Shown one piece after another: positions 46,862 to 55,238 of a stretch of DNA of 64,000 nucleotides (position 1 is the stretch's first letter; every line of letters begins with the position of its first letter). The DNA is from an uncultured Thermoanaerobaculia bacterium. GTDB lineage: Bacteria > Acidobacteriota > Thermoanaerobaculia > Thermoanaerobaculales > Sulfomarinibacteraceae. The stretch is taken from NCBI GenBank assembly GCA_964641415.1, contig CAZXMW010000001.1:227816-291815 (forward strand). Reading direction: 5' to 3'. Below the pieces are notes generated by a model that was not told the DNA's origin, did no database searches, and worked only from the letters and a program-made list of their open reading frames with translations. The translations under genes were made by a program, and so were the position numbers.

Positions 46862-47006
46862 CGTGAACCTCCAAGATTGATTTCGTTGTGTGAAAAGCAA
46901 TCTTATTTCGCAGAATTCCAGAAAAAATCGACGTGATCTTGACAAAATTGAGAATTTTATCTCAAGCTTTGAGCGGTTCATCTGCCTCAGGACCGTGCTC
47001 CTCTGG
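46862..47006 (-). promoter_or_regulatory. Conspicuously AT-rich rhodopsin leader with two inverted repeats
   Basis: TTGAGA-atttta-TCTCAA (46948-46965) and AAGATTG-18 nt-CAATCTT (46873-46904), the latter abutting the GGAGG RBS. I could not pin down a convincing -35/-10 pair. Confidence 0.35.
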
Positions 47007-47390
47007 TCACGGTCGGTGGTCGGCCGGGCCCCGTCGCAGGCGAATCGGACCCCGAGCCGAGGACGGATCGACCGCCCGGGAGCCCTGGACGATCTCGAGC
47101 CGGCCCGCCGCCGCGAGCCGCCGCGCCGCCCGGCGGGACGCCTCCATGAGCTCGCGCCACCGGTCCGGTGCGACCGCCCTCGCCGCCTCCGAGGGGCAGA
47201 TGGAGGCGCCGTCGGCCCGCGCCTCCAGAAGGTCGAGGATGGCGTCCTCGAGGCGTCGGTCGAGCGGCCTCAGCCGTCTGTTGCGGCAGACGCTCGAGCA
47301 GTAGCGCACCTCGTCCCAGCGGCGCCGCCATCGACGGCGCCACTCGAAGCGGCGACCGCAGGACGCGCAGATCTTCGACTCTCGGCTCAT
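47007..47390 (-). CDS. DUF2256 (Zn-ribbon) + DUF3253 fusion protein
   Basis: MSRESKICASCGRRFEWRRRWRRRWDEVRYCSSVCRNRR (DUF2256 pattern), then ...ICPSEAARAV...WRELM...RRAARRLAAAGRLEI. ATG 47390 forms an ATGA overlap with the photolyase-fusion stop. Confidence 0.7.
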   Translation of the reverse strand: MSRESKICASCGRRFEWRRRWRRRWDEVRYCSSVCRNRRLRPLDRRLEDAILDLLEARADGASICPSEAARAVAPDRWRELMEASRRAARRLAAAGRLEIVQGSRAVDPSSARGPIRLRRGPADHRP

Positions 47391-49822
47391 TCGGAACCGT
47401 CGAACAGCGATGGCTGCTCGGGGTCCGGGTGCAGCGAGAGCAGCCGCCCGGCCGCCGCGCAACCCGACAGGAAGGCGCCTTCGACCCTGGGCCCACCGCA
47501 CCAGTCGCCGCAGGCGGCGATCGCGAGATCCCGGTCGAACAGACACGGCTCCGGCAGGGGTTCGAAGGGCTGGGCGAAGCGCCAGCGATGGCCGAACAGG
47601 TCATCGGGCGGGGGCAGACGGCGGTTGACCGCGTCGTGGAAGGCGCCGACGAGCCGACCTGCGGCGAGCTCGCTGTCGAGCTCGAGGTGCTCCTCGGACC
47701 ACTCGGGCGAGGCGTGCAGGACCCAGGTCTCGCCGGTCGGACGACCGGGCTTGCTGCCGTTGCGGGCGACCCACCTCAGCGGAGAGTCGTGGACGAAGGC
47801 GCCGTCGAAGTTCAGCCCGAGCGGCTCCGCGAAGTGCACCATCGCCGCCCAGCAGGGCGCCATCTCGACGGCCTCCGCTCGCCCGCTGAACTCGGGCGCG
47901 AAACCGCCGAGCAGTGCGGCGGTCTGGGGCGCCGGGGCAGACACCACGATCGCGTCGAAACCACCGAGCTCGCCGTCCGTGGTGTGCAGGGACCAGCGGC
48001 TGCCGTCGCGATCGAGACCGGCCACGCGAATGCCGTAGGCGACATCGAGGTCCGTCGCCAGGTGCCGGCAGACGGCGTTCATGCCGGGAACACCGACGAA
48101 GCGCTCTGTCGTGTCGTCCTTGATCTCGATCGCCCCATGGTCGACCACCGCGATGGTGCCGGACCAGGGAGCGACGAGGCCGTCGTCGCGCCACGACCGG
48201 ACGAAGCGCCCGAAGCGCCGATCGCGCACCGTGAAGTACTGTGCTCCGTGGTCGAAGCGCAGCTCGCCGGCGCGCCGGGTCGACATTCGTCCGCCCGGCC
48301 CCCGGGACTTGTCGAAGACGCGGACCCGGTGGCCGTGATCGGCGAGGGATCGAGCGCACGCCAACCCCGACATGCCGGCCCCGATGATTGCGACCTCGAG
48401 CGGCCGCTCGGTGGCCGGTGGCGTCACCCGGGCGGCGTAGCGGTCGAGGTCGAGGCGGCGAGCGTGCGAGGCTGTGGAGCGCGAACGCACCCTGCCGAGG
48501 ACGGGTTGTTCCGGATCGAAGGGCCGGTCGAAGAGTCCGAGGCACCAGAGTAGGCCGCCGTAGGAATTGGGGTCGGATCCGTCGAGGGCGAAGCGGTGGT
48601 TGAGGTCGATCAGGGTGTCGAGGGCGTGGTGGGAATCGCGGGTCCAGCCGACGAGGGCTTTGCCCCAGGTCATCCGGACGTTGTTGTGAAGCTCGCCGTG
48701 GCGCACCAGCGAGGTCTGACAGAGATCCCACAGCCGGTCGCCGGTGCGGCCGCGGGACAGGGTCTCCCATGACCGGGGATCGCGCTCGTCGCCGGCGTGC
48801 CGCGTCAGGGTCTCCCGCGCCCAGACCGGCAGAACCTCGAGCGACTCGACGAGATCGTGACGATGAAAGCACAGGTTGTGCGCGAGCTCGCGCCAGACAA
48901 TGAGCTCGTCGAGGAACTTCTCGGCGCCCTTGCCGCCGACCTCGGCCGCCTCGCGGGCGATTCGCAGCGGAGACACGTGGCCGTGGTGGAGGTAGGCCGA
49001 CAGACGGCTGACGCCGTCGGCCGCCGCGTCGTTCCGCCGGGCGGCGTACGATCGAAGCCCGCGTTCGCGAAACGCCGACCAGCGGGCGTAGCCGGCGACG
49101 GATCCGCCCGGGGTGTGGGCGACCGGCCCGACGGTGTGGTCGACGGCGCAGCCCGCGACGAGATCGGAAATTGCTGTGTCCTCCAGGTCGGTGTCTTCGA
49201 ATCCGAGCGTCGAACGGTCAAAGGGCGGCGGCGAGCTCTCGACCGACGGCCACGGCGACCAGAGCCGACTGTCGAGCTCGTCGCGGATCGCCGACCGGAA
49301 CGCGAAGGCCCGGTCGTGGGGGCGCCCGACCAGCCGCATGGGGACGACGCACGCCGTGTCCAGCGCCCATACCGGGGTGGTGATCCGCTCGGCGACACCA
49401 GCGGTCCAACGGGAAAATGGCGGTGCCGGAAAGTCCTCGGTGACCACCAGCGCCGCGTCGGCGGCCAGCCCTGCCAGGGGCGTCGGTCGGCGGGGATCGG
49501 CGCCGAGTGAGAAGACGTGAACCAGACCCTGCTCGGCGAGCTCCGCGCGGACGTCGCGAGCGCCTTCGAGAATGAAGGTGTGGTGGCGGTCGTTATCGAA
49601 ACGGTGACCTCCGCCGAGCCCCTGGTAGACGATGAGAGGCAGCTCGAGCGTTGCGGCGGCGATGCGAGCGGCGTCGAGGGCGGGGTTCTCGTGACCGCGG
49701 ACCGCGTGGTGCATCCAGTAGAGCACGTGGCGCCCGGAGGTCGCGAACGACCGGTCGGCGACGATGCGCACCCGTTCTCGGACGGCCTCGGGGAGCCGGT
49801 CGAGAAGATTTTTCGGGGTCAT
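47387..49822 (-). CDS. Class II CPD photolyase fused to a renalase-like (COG3380-type) NAD/FAD-dependent oxidoreductase
   Basis: N-terminal part of about 470 aa: VLYWMHHAVRGHENPAL, LSAYLHHGHVSP, ELIVWRELAHN, LWDLCQTSLVRHGELHNNVRMTWGK, DGSDPNSYGGLLWCLG. C-terminal part of about 330 aa: VAIIGAGMSGLACARSL...FDKSRGPGGRMSTRR...ACGDWCGGPRVEGAFLSG. One uninterrupted frame. ATG 49822 forms an ATGA overlap with the nei stop. Confidence 0.8.
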   Translation of the reverse strand: MTPKNLLDRLPEAVRERVRIVADRSFATSGRHVLYWMHHAVRGHENPALDAARIAAATLELPLIVYQGLGGGHRFDNDRHHTFILEGARDVRAELAEQGLVHVFSLGADPRRPTPLAGLAADAALVVTEDFPAPPFSRWTAGVAERITTPVWALDTACVVPMRLVGRPHDRAFAFRSAIRDELDSRLWSPWPSVESSPPPFDRSTLGFEDTDLEDTAISDLVAGCAVDHTVGPVAHTPGGSVAGYARWSAFRERGLRSYAARRNDAAADGVSRLSAYLHHGHVSPLRIAREAAEVGGKGAEKFLDELIVWRELAHNLCFHRHDLVESLEVLPVWARETLTRHAGDERDPRSWETLSRGRTGDRLWDLCQTSLVRHGELHNNVRMTWGKALVGWTRDSHHALDTLIDLNHRFALDGSDPNSYGGLLWCLGLFDRPFDPEQPVLGRVRSRSTASHARRLDLDRYAARVTPPATERPLEVAIIGAGMSGLACARSLADHGHRVRVFDKSRGPGGRMSTRRAGELRFDHGAQYFTVRDRRFGRFVRSWRDDGLVAPWSGTIAVVDHGAIEIKDDTTERFVGVPGMNAVCRHLATDLDVAYGIRVAGLDRDGSRWSLHTTDGELGGFDAIVVSAPAPQTAALLGGFAPEFSGRAEAVEMAPCWAAMVHFAEPLGLNFDGAFVHDSPLRWVARNGSKPGRPTGETWVLHASPEWSEEHLELDSELAAGRLVGAFHDAVNRRLPPPDDLFGHRWRFAQPFEPLPEPCLFDRDLAIAACGDWCGGPRVEGAFLSGCAAAGRLLSLHPDPEQPSLFDGSE

Positions 49823-50652
49823 CTCGACCTCGCGGCGGGCTGGCAGGCGGGGCACCAGAAGCACTTCCGTCCGCCCACCGACGCCTGCTCGACCTCGACG
49901 CCGCAGACCCGGCACGGCTCTTTGTCCCGCCCGTAGACCCAGAACCTCGCCGCCGCTCGGGTCAGGCCGGTCTTCCTGAGCTCGGTGTAGCGGGTGTCGG
50001 GAACCGTGATCCCGCGGGTCCGGTAGGCGCGGCGGGTCAGGGCGAGCATCCGGTCGGCGAGCCGATCGCGCTCGGAAGCGCTGCAGTCGGCCGCCCGCCG
50101 GCGTGGGTGGAGCCCCGCCTCGAACAAGACGTCGGCGCGGAGGTAGTTGCCGAGCCCGGCGACGAAGCCCTGGTCGAGGAGGAGCGCTCCGAGCTGGCGT
50201 CCCCGAAAGCGCGACTCGTCGAGGCGCCCGGCGATCTCGTTCGCGGTCGGCGTTTCGGACAGCAGGTCGGGCCCGAGACGGCTCAAAAACCGGTGCTCGC
50301 GCTCGGCATCGCGGTCGAGGACCTCGATCTCGGAGGCCGAGTAGAGCAGCGCCTGCCGGCCGCCCGACCGGACCGCGAAGCGGAGCTGCCGACGGGTCTC
50401 GGGTCGCCGCCCGTTGGCCATGACGTACCAGCGGCCGTAGAGCTGGTTGTGCGAGTACACGGTCAGACCGCCGTCGAAGCGGGTCAACATGGCCTTGCCT
50501 CGGGTGGTCACCTCGCGAATCACCCGCCCGGTGAGCTCGTCCTCGTACGGCTTGAGACGCTCGAAGGCGAAAAAGACCTCGTCGGCCACCTGGCCCTCGA
50601 TGGCGGCGGCGACGCGGTCGGCAGCGCGGCGGATTTCCGGACCTTCCGGCAT
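49819..50652 (-). CDS. nei: Endonuclease VIII (Fpg/Nei family DNA glycosylase)
   Basis: MPEGPEIRRAADRVAAAIEG..., YSHNQLYGRW, LLYSASEIEVL, LLLDQGFVAGLGNYLRADVLF and the C-terminal zinc finger CFWCPACQ. Co-linear with E. coli Nei as I recall it. Confidence 0.85.
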   Translation of the reverse strand: MPEGPEIRRAADRVAAAIEGQVADEVFFAFERLKPYEDELTGRVIREVTTRGKAMLTRFDGGLTVYSHNQLYGRWYVMANGRRPETRRQLRFAVRSGGRQALLYSASEIEVLDRDAEREHRFLSRLGPDLLSETPTANEIAGRLDESRFRGRQLGALLLDQGFVAGLGNYLRADVLFEAGLHPRRRAADCSASERDRLADRMLALTRRAYRTRGITVPDTRYTELRKTGLTRAAARFWVYGRDKEPCRVCGVEVEQASVGGRKCFWCPACQPAARSR

Positions 50653-50710
50653 GTCGATCTCCATGTCGAGAAATGGCGGCGCGTGGTTTCGTATTCCGCG
50701 GGCCGGCGCG

Positions 50711-51551
50711 TCATCCGGTGATGTCGAGCAGCCGTCGGACATCCGCGAGGGTGTCGATGTCGTTGACGGTCTTGTCCCGCCGCCATCGGGCCATGCGCGG
50801 AAAGCGCAGCGCCATCCCGGCCTTGTGTCGGGACGACGGCCGGATGCCCTCGAAGGCGAGCTCGAAGACCAGCGCGGGCGTCACCGAGCGAACCGGTCCG
50901 AAGCGCTCGACGATGTTGCGCCGGACGAAGCGGTCGACCTCGCGGATCTCGGAGTCGGTCAGCCCCGAGTAGGCCTTGGCGATGGGCACCAGGTCGTCGC
51001 CGTCGCGCACCGCGAATGTGTAGGGCGTAGACGAACAGAACGCTCGTTCGGTTTTCCTCGCGGCGGCTCCGCCACCAGTCCTCGATCTCGCCGAAGACCT
51101 GCTCCTGGTCCGGCCACCGGTAGATCGGCAGGCCGAAGGTGCTTTCGGTGATGAAGACGTCGCAGGGAACCGGCTCGAAGGGCTCGCAGGTCGCGTCTGG
51201 GACGGTCTTGTAGTCGCCGCTCACGACCCAGACCTCGCCGCGGTGTTCGAGGCGGATCTGGGCCGAGCCGAGCAGGTGCCCGGCCGGGTGGAAGCTGACG
51301 CGGACGCCGTTGATGCGGGTCGCCGCCCCGTAGTCGGCGGTTTCGATGACGGCGTCGCGGCCCAGTCGGGGTCGCAGCACGTGGGCGCCGGAAGAGGTGC
51401 ACAGGTAGGCCGCCGAGCCCGGGCGGGCGTGGTCGGCGTGGGCGTGACTGATCACCGCGCGGCCGACCGGCCGCCAGGGATCGATGTGGAAGCCGCCGGC
51501 CGCGCAGTAGAGCCCCTCGGCGGCGCTCTGGAGCATGGGTTTACGGCTCAT
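50711..51551 (-). pseudogene. Deletion remnant: N-terminal ~175 aa of a ligase-associated DNA-damage-response exonuclease (MBL fold) joined out of frame to the C-terminal ~100 aa of an ATP-dependent DNA ligase
   Basis: Exonuclease part: GLYCAAGGFHIDPW...ISHAHADHAR...VSFHPAGHLLGSAQIRLE...WVVSGDYK...FITESTFGLPIYRW...SVLFVYAL. Nonsense sequence follows. In another frame from about 51022: YTFAVRDGDDLVPIAKAYSGLTDSEIREVDRFV...FGPVRSV...VFELAFEGI..SSRHKAGMALRFPRM.RWR.DK. The junction is near 51020-51030. Confidence 0.65.
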
Positions 51552-51770
51552 GCGCGGGTCAACGGGCTCGCACCGAGGATGCTTCCGCCACAGCAGGTGG
51601 AGCCGCGTGCAACAATCGCGATTCGGCCTTGATCGCGCCGAGCTCCAGCTCGGCGTTGATGGCGACGATGCCTGTCAGAACGCTCGCCTGGAGATGGGCG
51701 CTCCAAGGTGTTTCGGTCCTCACCGCCCTCTTCGTCGATTCTTGCAAGCGGCACGGTGTATAACCGTGGG

Positions 51771-52571
51771 ATGCGTCGTCGCCATCTGGTCGAGCTGCAC
51801 GAGCAACCCTGGTTTCCCGCGGCGTGGCGCGACCTGGTCACCGACTTCCTGTCGTTTTTTTTTCGGGCGTTTCGGCCCTACCGGGTCATCGCGCCGGTGC
51901 TCGCCGAGGCCCTCGAGCGGTCGCGCACCGAGAACGTGATCGACCTGTGCTCCGGAGCGGGGGCCCCGGTACTGTCGCTGCTGCCGGCCCTCCGTGGGCT
52001 CGGTCGCTGCCCGCGCTCGGTGGTCCTGACCGATCTTTACCCGAACCGTGACGCCTTTCGCATCGCGGCGGCGAGTGACGCGGGTGTCGCGGTCGTCGAA
52101 ACCCCGGTGGACGCCGCCGACGTGCCGGCCGATCTGGTCGGCTTCCGCACCCTGTTCACGTCGTTCCACCACTTCTCCCCCCCGGCTGCGCGCGCGATCC
52201 TCGCCGACGCCCGGAGCAAGGGCGAGGGCATCGGCGTCTTCGAGTTCACCGAGCGCAACCTCCTGCTGTGGTTGATCCCGGTGCTGGCGATCCCGTTCTT
52301 CGTGGCTGCCTGCACGCCCTTCATGCGCCCGTTCAGGTGGCGCCGACTGCTGTGGACATATTTGGTGCCCGTGGTGCCGCTGGTCGCCGGGTGGGACGGT
52401 CTGGTGTCGAACCTCCGCAGCTACACTCGGGGGGAGCTGCTCGAGCTCGCCGGCGCGCAAGGTCGCGGCGGGTATGTCTGGCGCACCGGCCGCGTCCGCT
52501 CGCTCGGCCTGAGTGGGGTCACGTACCTCGTGGGCTGGCCGGCGAGTGCGGAGCTCAGGTCACCGCGGTGA
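51771..52571 (+). CDS. Hypothetical protein, possibly SAM-dependent methyltransferase fold with C-terminal TM helices
   Basis: VIDLCSGAGAPVL motif-I-like and LFTSFHHF. Then hydrophobic LLLWLIPVLAIPFFVAACTPF. No firm family call. Confidence 0.45.
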   Translation: MRRRHLVELHEQPWFPAAWRDLVTDFLSFFFRAFRPYRVIAPVLAEALERSRTENVIDLCSGAGAPVLSLLPALRGLGRCPRSVVLTDLYPNRDAFRIAAASDAGVAVVETPVDAADVPADLVGFRTLFTSFHHFSPPAARAILADARSKGEGIGVFEFTERNLLLWLIPVLAIPFFVAACTPFMRPFRWRRLLWTYLVPVVPLVAGWDGLVSNLRSYTRGELLELAGAQGRGGYVWRTGRVRSLGLSGVTYLVGWPASAELRSPR

Positions 52572-52992
52572 CCGCGATCGCGATGGCGACCACCGCGCGC
52601 AGGGTCCAGGCGGCGGTCCGAATCCAGTTGCCGCGGACCAGGGCGCGGTGGGCGGCCGGGTCGAAACCCTCGGACAACCGGCGGTGGAGCGGAACCTGGA
52701 GCGTGAAGGTCGACAGCCAGACGATCCCGACCAGCAGCGCGCCGGCGATCAGCAGCGCGACGGACACGCCCTGCGGCCGGATCACGAGCAGCGCGATGGC
52801 GGAGATCAGCTCGATGAGCATCGGCGCGACGACCACAATGCTGATGCGGCGGGCGTGCTCGGAGTGGAAGGCGACGAAGCCGGCGCCCGGCACCCGGTCC
52901 ATGAGCGGGTAGTGCACGACCTGGATGACCCAGATCAGACCGGCGAGGTATAGGGTCGCCGCCAAGTTGGCCCAGACGGTAAGAACGGTCAC
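52555..52992 (-). CDS. DUF1772 (anthrone-oxygenase-like) membrane protein
   Basis: 145 aa with four TM helices. IQVVHYPLM and FHSEHARRI blocks. The start overlaps the upstream stop (4 nt). Confidence 0.55.
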   Translation of the reverse strand: MTVLTVWANLAATLYLAGLIWVIQVVHYPLMDRVPGAGFVAFHSEHARRISIVVVAPMLIELISAIALLVIRPQGVSVALLIAGALLVGIVWLSTFTLQVPLHRRLSEGFDPAAHRALVRGNWIRTAAWTLRAVVAIAIAVTAVT

Positions 52993-53399
52993 GATCCCGA
53001 CCCGCGGAGATCTTCGACGAGGGCCCGAGCGGCGCCCCGCCCGGAGGCCATGGCGCTGTTGATCGAGCCGTTCCGGCGGTGGCCGCCGCAGGCGGAGACG
53101 CCGCTTCCCAACCGCGGCGATCGAGGGGAGGGCCGCGGCGGTCGCTGATCGGGAAGCGCGCGTTCGAGGACAAAGGTGCGCAGGTGCTCCCAGCAGCTGA
53201 TCTGAGCACCGAACCAGATCTCGAGCTGCCCCCCCGGCGTCCGGAGCTCGGTGTCGAGAAAAACGCGGCCCAAGAACGGCCGGAAGAAGCAGTCGATGAT
53301 CGTGCAGGAGACCCGGGCCCGCTCGAGCTCGATCGCGCAGGTGAGTCCGGCGAGGCCGGCACCGACGATGACAACTCCGGGGTTGGACATCCGGTCCAT
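52989..53399 (-). pseudogene. Internally truncated FAD-dependent (amine-oxidase-like) oxidoreductase
   Basis: Retains the N-terminal VVIVGAGLAGLTCAIEL dinucleotide fold and the C-terminal WEHLRTFVLERALPDQ...ACGGHRRNGSINSAMASGRGAARAL end in only about 136 aa. Typical family members are more than 400 aa. Confidence 0.5.
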
Positions 53400-53497
53400 T
53401 GTGCCTGCGACGGCCGGGAAAGAAAACCGGTAGGCCTCACGTTGCTGTGAGACAAAGCGAATTGCGATCAAACGAACCGACCATTTTGGAGGCGGAG

Positions 53498-54121
53498 ATG
53501 CAATCACCCAGAATCGTTATGTCTCTGGCCATGGCGCTGCCGCTCGCATTCACCGGCTGTGCCGATGCAGGTCCATTCTCGGACGAAACCGTGAAGGGAG
53601 AGCCCATGTCGGCAGCCGCTGTCACCGAAACCGATCACGCGGTCGGAATCATCGATCACACCGTTACATCCATTGAGGGGGACATCGTGGACCTCCGCGG
53701 GTACCGCGGGCGGCCGATGCTGATCGTCAACACCGCGTCGAAGTGTGGCTTCACCAAGCAGTACGACACGCTTCAGAAGCTTTTCGAAACCTTCGGCAAC
53801 CAGGGGCTGGCCGTCATCGGTTTCCCGAGCAACGACTTCGGCAATCAGGAGCCGGGCACCGAGGACGAGATCGCCAGCTTCTGCCGCCTCAACTACGGCG
53901 TGACCTTTCCAATGATGGCCAAGCTCCACACCAAGGGTCCGAAGCAGGCGCCGATCTACCGGACGCTCACCGAGGAGACCGCGGACGGGATCCGGGGTGA
54001 GATCCGATGGAACTTCACCAAGTTTCTGGTTGACGCAGAGGGCCGCGTCATCGCCCGTTTCGAGCCGTCCGTCGATCCCATGTCCGATGACGTGGTCTCC
54101 AGAATCGAAAAGCTCCTGTGA
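53498..54121 (+). CDS. Glutathione peroxidase (Cys type), lipoprotein
   Basis: TTGGAGG RBS. Signal/lipobox LPLAFTGCADA. NTASKCGFT (Cys codon TGT), FPSNDFGNQEP, WNFTKFLV. Confidence 0.85.
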   Translation: MQSPRIVMSLAMALPLAFTGCADAGPFSDETVKGEPMSAAAVTETDHAVGIIDHTVTSIEGDIVDLRGYRGRPMLIVNTASKCGFTKQYDTLQKLFETFGNQGLAVIGFPSNDFGNQEPGTEDEIASFCRLNYGVTFPMMAKLHTKGPKQAPIYRTLTEETADGIRGEIRWNFTKFLVDAEGRVIARFEPSVDPMSDDVVSRIEKLL

Positions 54122-54276
54122 GCGGGTCGTCGAGTCCCGGCACTGGTACGAAAGAAGACCGGTAGGCGCGCCCGCGGAATGAGACCTCGAGGCCGACTGT
54201 TGACGCGGGCAGCGGCACAGCCTTCAGTGTGTGAAAACCGGCGCCGAATCGGCGAGCTTCAAATCAGGAGACGACC

Positions 54277-55230
54277 ATGAGTATGACCACCGACGGCCTC
54301 GAACCGGGTCTCCAGGCCGATTGGACGAGCGGCGGTTTTCGGTTGCAGGAGCGCCACCAGGTGCTCCGTTCGGCGATCGAGCGGCGCCTCTCCGACCTCA
54401 TCCCTGACGAGAACGTCGACCCGCAGCCGCTCCATCAATCTATGCGCTACAGCCTGCTGTCCGGGGGCAAGCGCCTGCGGCCGCTGCTCACTCTTCAGGT
54501 GGCATCCGATCTCGGCGGCTCGGTCGATGACGCCCTCGATTCCGCCTGCGCCATCGAGATGATTCACGCGGCGTCCTTGATCCTCGACGATCTGCCCTGT
54601 ATGGACGATGCGTCGCTGCGGCGCGGTCGGCCGGCAAATCACCTCGTATTCGGCGAAGACACGGCGATTCTCGCTGCGACCGCACTGCTCAACCGGGCGT
54701 TCGGGGTCGTCGCCGAGTGCGAACGGCTGCCGGCCGAGGTCCGCATCGGGCTGACGCGCCTGCTGTCCGACGCGGTGGGCAGCGATGGCATCATCGCCGG
54801 CCAGCTCTCCGATCTCCGGTCCAAGCGTGGCAATCAGGACGACGCCGTCGGGCTTGCCCGGATGTACGTTCAGAAGACCGGGGCGCTCTTCGTGGCGGCG
54901 CTGGAGGCGGGGGCTCGGGTCGCCGGCGTGGACGAGATTGCTGTCGGCGCCGTCCGCGAGTACGGCACCAACCTCGGTCTCGCGTTCCAGCTGCTCGACG
55001 ATCTGCTCGACAGCCACTCAACCCCCGACGCATCGGGTAAGGACATCGGGCAGGACCGGGATGCCTCGTTGGCCAACCGACTCGGCGCCAGCGGAGCGAG
55101 GCGTGAGGTGTACCGGTACGTGGAGACTGCGGCGTCGGCGCTCGAGCCGCTCGGCAGCTCCGGCCGTCCGCTCGCCGAGCTCGCGCGCATTTACACGAAA
55201 ACCACCATGGAGCGTGTAGTCTTCTTCTGA
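54277..55230 (+). CDS. crtE: Polyprenyl (geranylgeranyl) diphosphate synthase
   Basis: First DDxxD motif LILDDLPCMDDASLRRGRP and second motif FQLLDDLLD. Context with the crtZ/B/I/Y genes. Confidence 0.8.
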   Translation: MSMTTDGLEPGLQADWTSGGFRLQERHQVLRSAIERRLSDLIPDENVDPQPLHQSMRYSLLSGGKRLRPLLTLQVASDLGGSVDDALDSACAIEMIHAASLILDDLPCMDDASLRRGRPANHLVFGEDTAILAATALLNRAFGVVAECERLPAEVRIGLTRLLSDAVGSDGIIAGQLSDLRSKRGNQDDAVGLARMYVQKTGALFVAALEAGARVAGVDEIAVGAVREYGTNLGLAFQLLDDLLDSHSTPDASGKDIGQDRDASLANRLGASGARREVYRYVETAASALEPLGSSGRPLAELARIYTKTTMERVVFF

Positions 55231-55238
55231 GGTTCGCA

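Noticed and set aside
53700-53760. Glutathione peroxidase as a selenoprotein.
   Set aside because: The catalytic position in NTASKCGFT is encoded by TGT (Cys), not TGA.
54200-54228. Candidate promoter TTGACG-17-TTCAGT upstream of crtE.
   Set aside because: The -35 and spacing are good but the -10 hexamer is poor (no TA at positions 1-2). It is not strong enough to list as a feature without mapping data.
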